Shown here one piece after another: positions 26,587 to 29,003 of a stretch of DNA of 29,003 bases (positions within the stretch are counted from its first letter, which is position 1; each line of letters starts with the position of its first letter). Both the position numbers and the translations under genes were made by a program. The notes under the pieces were generated by a model, which saw only the letters and a program-made list of their open reading frames with translations, searched no databases and was not told the origin of the DNA. The DNA lies in contig JAGGSX010000122.1 in the NCBI GenBank assembly GCA_021158865.1, forward strand, positions 1 through 29,003. Direction: 5' to 3'. Source of the stretch: Thermoplasmata archaeon (lineage in GTDB: Archaea; Thermoplasmatota; E2; UBA202; JdFR-43).

Positions 26587-27252
26587 TCACCCCAAATTTA
26601 AAGCTTCTTCAATCCTTCCCATTTCTATTCCAGTTGTATTCCTGCTTGCAATTGCCCCATTTTCATTTGCTATGACACCAGCTCCTACATAAGGCATTCC
26701 ATGGTTTACGGTTCCAGCATTAACTTCAACACCCATGACCTCCTCAACCATTTTTTTCTCATCCTCCCTAATTTTGGGATGGCACAGCACGCCCTTATTT
26801 GTTGCCACCGCCGCCATCCCGACTGTATTCAATCCAGCAATTGTTGATTTCCTTACTCCTACATCCAAAATTTCTTCTATTTTCTTCATTGTATCTTCCT
26901 TTATAAGAGGATGGATTATTGCTCCATAATCGTTAGCCAGTATGTTGTTTCCAGCAGCATTGAATCTATCATTTATTATCATAATTTCTCCATTAAAGTT
27001 TTTTTCTATTATCCTTAATTCTTCTTCACTTATAAAATCTGTTACTATAATTCCACTTGAATTCATTGCAATTAATGAGCCTGCTATTGTGCTTCCACCA
27101 ACAGTTATTTCAATTGCCTTAGTTTTCAAAATTTTTTTTACTCCATTTTTTTCTTTTTCATTCAAAAAAGATGGAATAAAAGCAATTTCATTATTTGCTC
27201 TACAATATACGCCTATATGAGGATTACCATTGAAATCTAACCTATCGAGCAT
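26587..27252 (-). CDS. eif6: Translation initiation factor aIF6
   Basis: GNPHIGVY, AGSLIAMNS, AAGNNILANDYGA, GVLCHP and GTVNHG motifs. Confidence 0.96.
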   Translation of the reverse strand: MLDRLDFNGNPHIGVYCRANNEIAFIPSFLNEKEKNGVKKILKTKAIEITVGGSTIAGSLIAMNSSGIIVTDFISEEELRIIEKNFNGEIMIINDRFNAAGNNILANDYGAIIHPLIKEDTMKKIEEILDVGVRKSTIAGLNTVGMAAVATNKGVLCHPKIREDEKKMVEEVMGVEVNAGTVNHGMPYVGAGVIANENGAIASRNTTGIEMGRIEEALNLG

Positions 27253-27259
27253 ATTAGCA

Positions 27260-27712
27260 CTATTTTTCCTCCTTTACTTTCTTGCCTTCCTCTTTTTCTT
27301 CTATTTCTTTCTCTTCTTCTATTATCTCTTCCGACTTTTCTTCAGCTACCTCTTTCTTGCCTTCTTCCTTTTCTTCAGATTTCTCTGCTTCAGTTGCTTC
27401 CTTCTCAACTTTAGTTACTTCTTCAGCTTTTTTCTTCTTTTCTTCCTTCTCCTCTATTTTAATTTCTGCTTCGGGAGTGTATGCCCATATTTCTTCTTCT
27501 CTTTTTACAGCTTTGACCCTTATCTTACTTGGTATTTTCTTTAATCCCCTATCCCAAACAGCCTCATTTAAGCTGCTGTCTATCTTAATATTTTCTGCTT
27601 TTGTATGTCTCGCAAGATATTCTTTTATTATTTTTATTGCCTTTTTAGCTCTCTTTGTTCTTGGAGCCATCTTCGCCTTCATTAACCTTATTGTATAAAT
27701 TTTCTCTTCCAT
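27260..27712 (-). CDS. rpl31e: 50S ribosomal protein L31e with a long Glu/Lys-rich C-terminal extension
   Basis: IYTIRL, RAKKAI and LNEAVWDRG...PSKIRVKAVK motifs, followed by a ~70-aa E/K tail; GAGGTGA SD. Confidence 0.93.
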   Translation of the reverse strand: MEEKIYTIRLMKAKMAPRTKRAKKAIKIIKEYLARHTKAENIKIDSSLNEAVWDRGLKKIPSKIRVKAVKREEEIWAYTPEAEIKIEEKEEKKKKAEEVTKVEKEATEAEKSEEKEEGKKEVAEEKSEEIIEEEKEIEEKEEGKKVKEEK

Positions 27713-27716
27713 TTTA

Positions 27717-27872
27717 TCACCTCTTTAAATTATTTCTTCTCCAATTCCTTCTCTTAGGATGTTGCATAAATCTCCTATTTGTTTTCAAAACAATCCATGC
27801 TGGAACTCTTCTATTACCTTTCATTGCCTTGAGTAATCTTTTTTTCCTTGCAATATGTTTATTTCTTGCCAT
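27717..27872 (-). CDS. rpl39e: 50S ribosomal protein L39e (51 aa, absent from the ORF track)
   Basis: Hand translation [51 protein letters not shown]; synteny before rpl31e. Confidence 0.95.
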   Translation of the reverse strand: MARNKHIARKKRLLKAMKGNRRVPAWIVLKTNRRFMQHPKRRNWRRNNLKR

Positions 27873-27873
27873 T

Positions 27874-28197
27874 TTAAACCCTCCTTATTCTTATATCTCT
27901 TTTTTTTGGCATTAAATGCTTTATTAAAATTTTAAAACTTTCGTCATTTAATCTCTCCCTAATTCTTCCCATTTGATACAATCTTATAATTTGATTTTCG
28001 ATATATTCTGCTTCATCTGGTTTAGCCATCCTTATTCTCTCAAGCCTACTCCTCGCTTCAGAATCCATTATGTGTTTCAATAATGCTTTCTTTTGTGCAT
28101 CTATAATCTGTTTCTCAGCCTGTCTCTGTTGTTCTTCTTCCATCTGTCTTTGCATCTGTTCCATCATTCTTCTCTTTATTTCTTCTGTATCCTCCAT
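27874..28197 (-). CDS. PDCD5-family DNA-binding protein
   Basis: [22 protein letters not shown] and DIRIRR motifs; conserved position after rps19e. Confidence 0.92.
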   Translation of the reverse strand: MEDTEEIKRRMMEQMQRQMEEEQQRQAEKQIIDAQKKALLKHIMDSEARSRLERIRMAKPDEAEYIENQIIRLYQMGRIRERLNDESFKILIKHLMPKKRDIRIRRV

Positions 28198-28217
28198 ATA
28201 TTACCACATCTCTTTTG

Positions 28218-28652
28218 TTATATAAAATTTCCTATCTCTTTTGCCACTTCATGGGCAGTGTTATCAACAAATGACCTTCCTTTGGATGTTATTTTTCTTC
28301 CACTACCTTCCACTTTTTCTACTAAACCCACGCTTTCGAGCTGTTGCAGGGCTTTTCTTATTATAGATCCACTTCCTTTAACATGTCTATATGGTTTCGC
28401 CCTTCTATCCCGCCTGCCGCCATACATGTTCCTGAGCCTCGATATTCCTATTGGACCTTTGATGTATATCCGTCTCAATATGCTTGCTGCTCTGATATAC
28501 CACCAGTCTTCATTTTCAGGTGGGCGTTCTTTATGTATTCCTGTTTTAACCCATTTTGACCACTCTGGAGGTTCTATCTTAAATTCATTTTTAAGTTTAT
28601 CAGCCATTTTTTTTATTATCGGCTCAGCTGGAACATCATATACAGTAGTCAT
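28218..28652 (-). CDS. rps19e: 30S ribosomal protein S19e
   Basis: MTTVYDVPA, KTGIHKERPP, WWYIRAASILR and GSGSIIRKALQQLE motifs; start trimmed to MTTV (28652). Confidence 0.97.
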   Translation of the reverse strand: MTTVYDVPAEPIIKKMADKLKNEFKIEPPEWSKWVKTGIHKERPPENEDWWYIRAASILRRIYIKGPIGISRLRNMYGGRRDRRAKPYRHVKGSGSIIRKALQQLESVGLVEKVEGSGRKITSKGRSFVDNTAHEVAKEIGNFI

Positions 28653-28673
28653 CGCAACCCAATACAAAAGTTA

Positions 28674-28681
28674 TATATAAA
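28674..28681 (-). promoter_or_regulatory. TATA box for the rps19e operon
   Basis: TTTATATA starts 29 nt before the ATG at 28652. Confidence 0.6.
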
Positions 28682-28699
28682 AATAATTCTTATGGAAGT

Positions 28700-28990
28700 A
28701 GTTCCGAATGCATAAAAATGCCAAAGAATAGGGGGGCCTTTCTGTAACTTGACTTTGCCATTTTTCAATTGACAGAGTGCCATTGTATAATTTGCCAATT
28801 GCAATTTTTATGTCATTCTACCACCTAAAATTAAGGCTTTTGTCTTCGTAACAATATAAAATCCAGAGTTTTCCAAAATAACCTGTAAAAAATTTCATCA
28901 TGAGTGCAATTTCCATAGATAATTCTGGAAAAGTCTGTCTACTTTGTCTATTATTGCTATGCCGCCTAATGGATATGTTTTGTTATTCAT
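28700..28990 (-). pseudogene. Possible degraded gene fragment, perhaps transposase-derived
   Basis: Short ORF 28990..28898 (MNNKTYPLGGIAIIDKVDRLFQNYLWKLHS*) followed by stop-broken, protein-like frames. The resemblance to archaeal IS transposase N-termini is from memory only. Confidence 0.2.
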
Positions 28991-29003
28991 AATGAGATAT
29001 TGA

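Noticed and set aside
305-28680. Many short Phe/Ser/Leu-rich ORFs in the track overlapping real genes
   Set aside because: They are antisense or alternate-frame shadows of A-rich (Lys/Glu) coding strands.
1-29003. CRISPR array, rRNA, additional tRNAs, intact IS or integrase
   Set aside because: No regularly spaced short repeats, no other GC-rich structured block, and no transposase or integrase ORF were seen.

Overview
AT-rich archaeal chromosomal window. The gene content (GatE, A-type ATP synthase, rps19e-rpl39e-rpl31e-aIF6-rplX-pfdA-ftsY cluster, large PKD-rich secreted proteins) suggests Thermoplasmatota of the MBG-D/E2 type; this taxonomy is inference only. Left to right: the 3' end of a secreted-protein gene; gatE; an HD hydrolase coupled to a CitD-like/CitE fusion whose carrier Ser14 is replaced by Lys; a DUF4870-type membrane protein; a PaaK-like ligase coupled to a radical SAM/TRAM protein; tRNA-Leu(GAG) with a 45-nt intron in the T-loop (59/60); an ATP synthase operon H-I-K-E-C-F-A with no B or D gene in the window and a Na+-type 4-helix c subunit; ubiX; a secreted class I GATase-like Cys-His-Glu hydrolase; a B12 radical SAM enzyme; a 2673-aa secreted mosaic protein with a 293-bp perfect internal duplication and a C-terminal 'GWN' module about 91% identical in DNA to the gene end at the window start; then the conserved ribosomal protein/ftsY cluster. 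No CRISPR array, intact mobile element or rRNA was seen. Best leads: the T-loop tRNA intron, the carrier-less CitD-CitE fusion, and the shared, apparently recombining C-terminal module of the secreted proteins. All comparisons were done by eye, without database searches.
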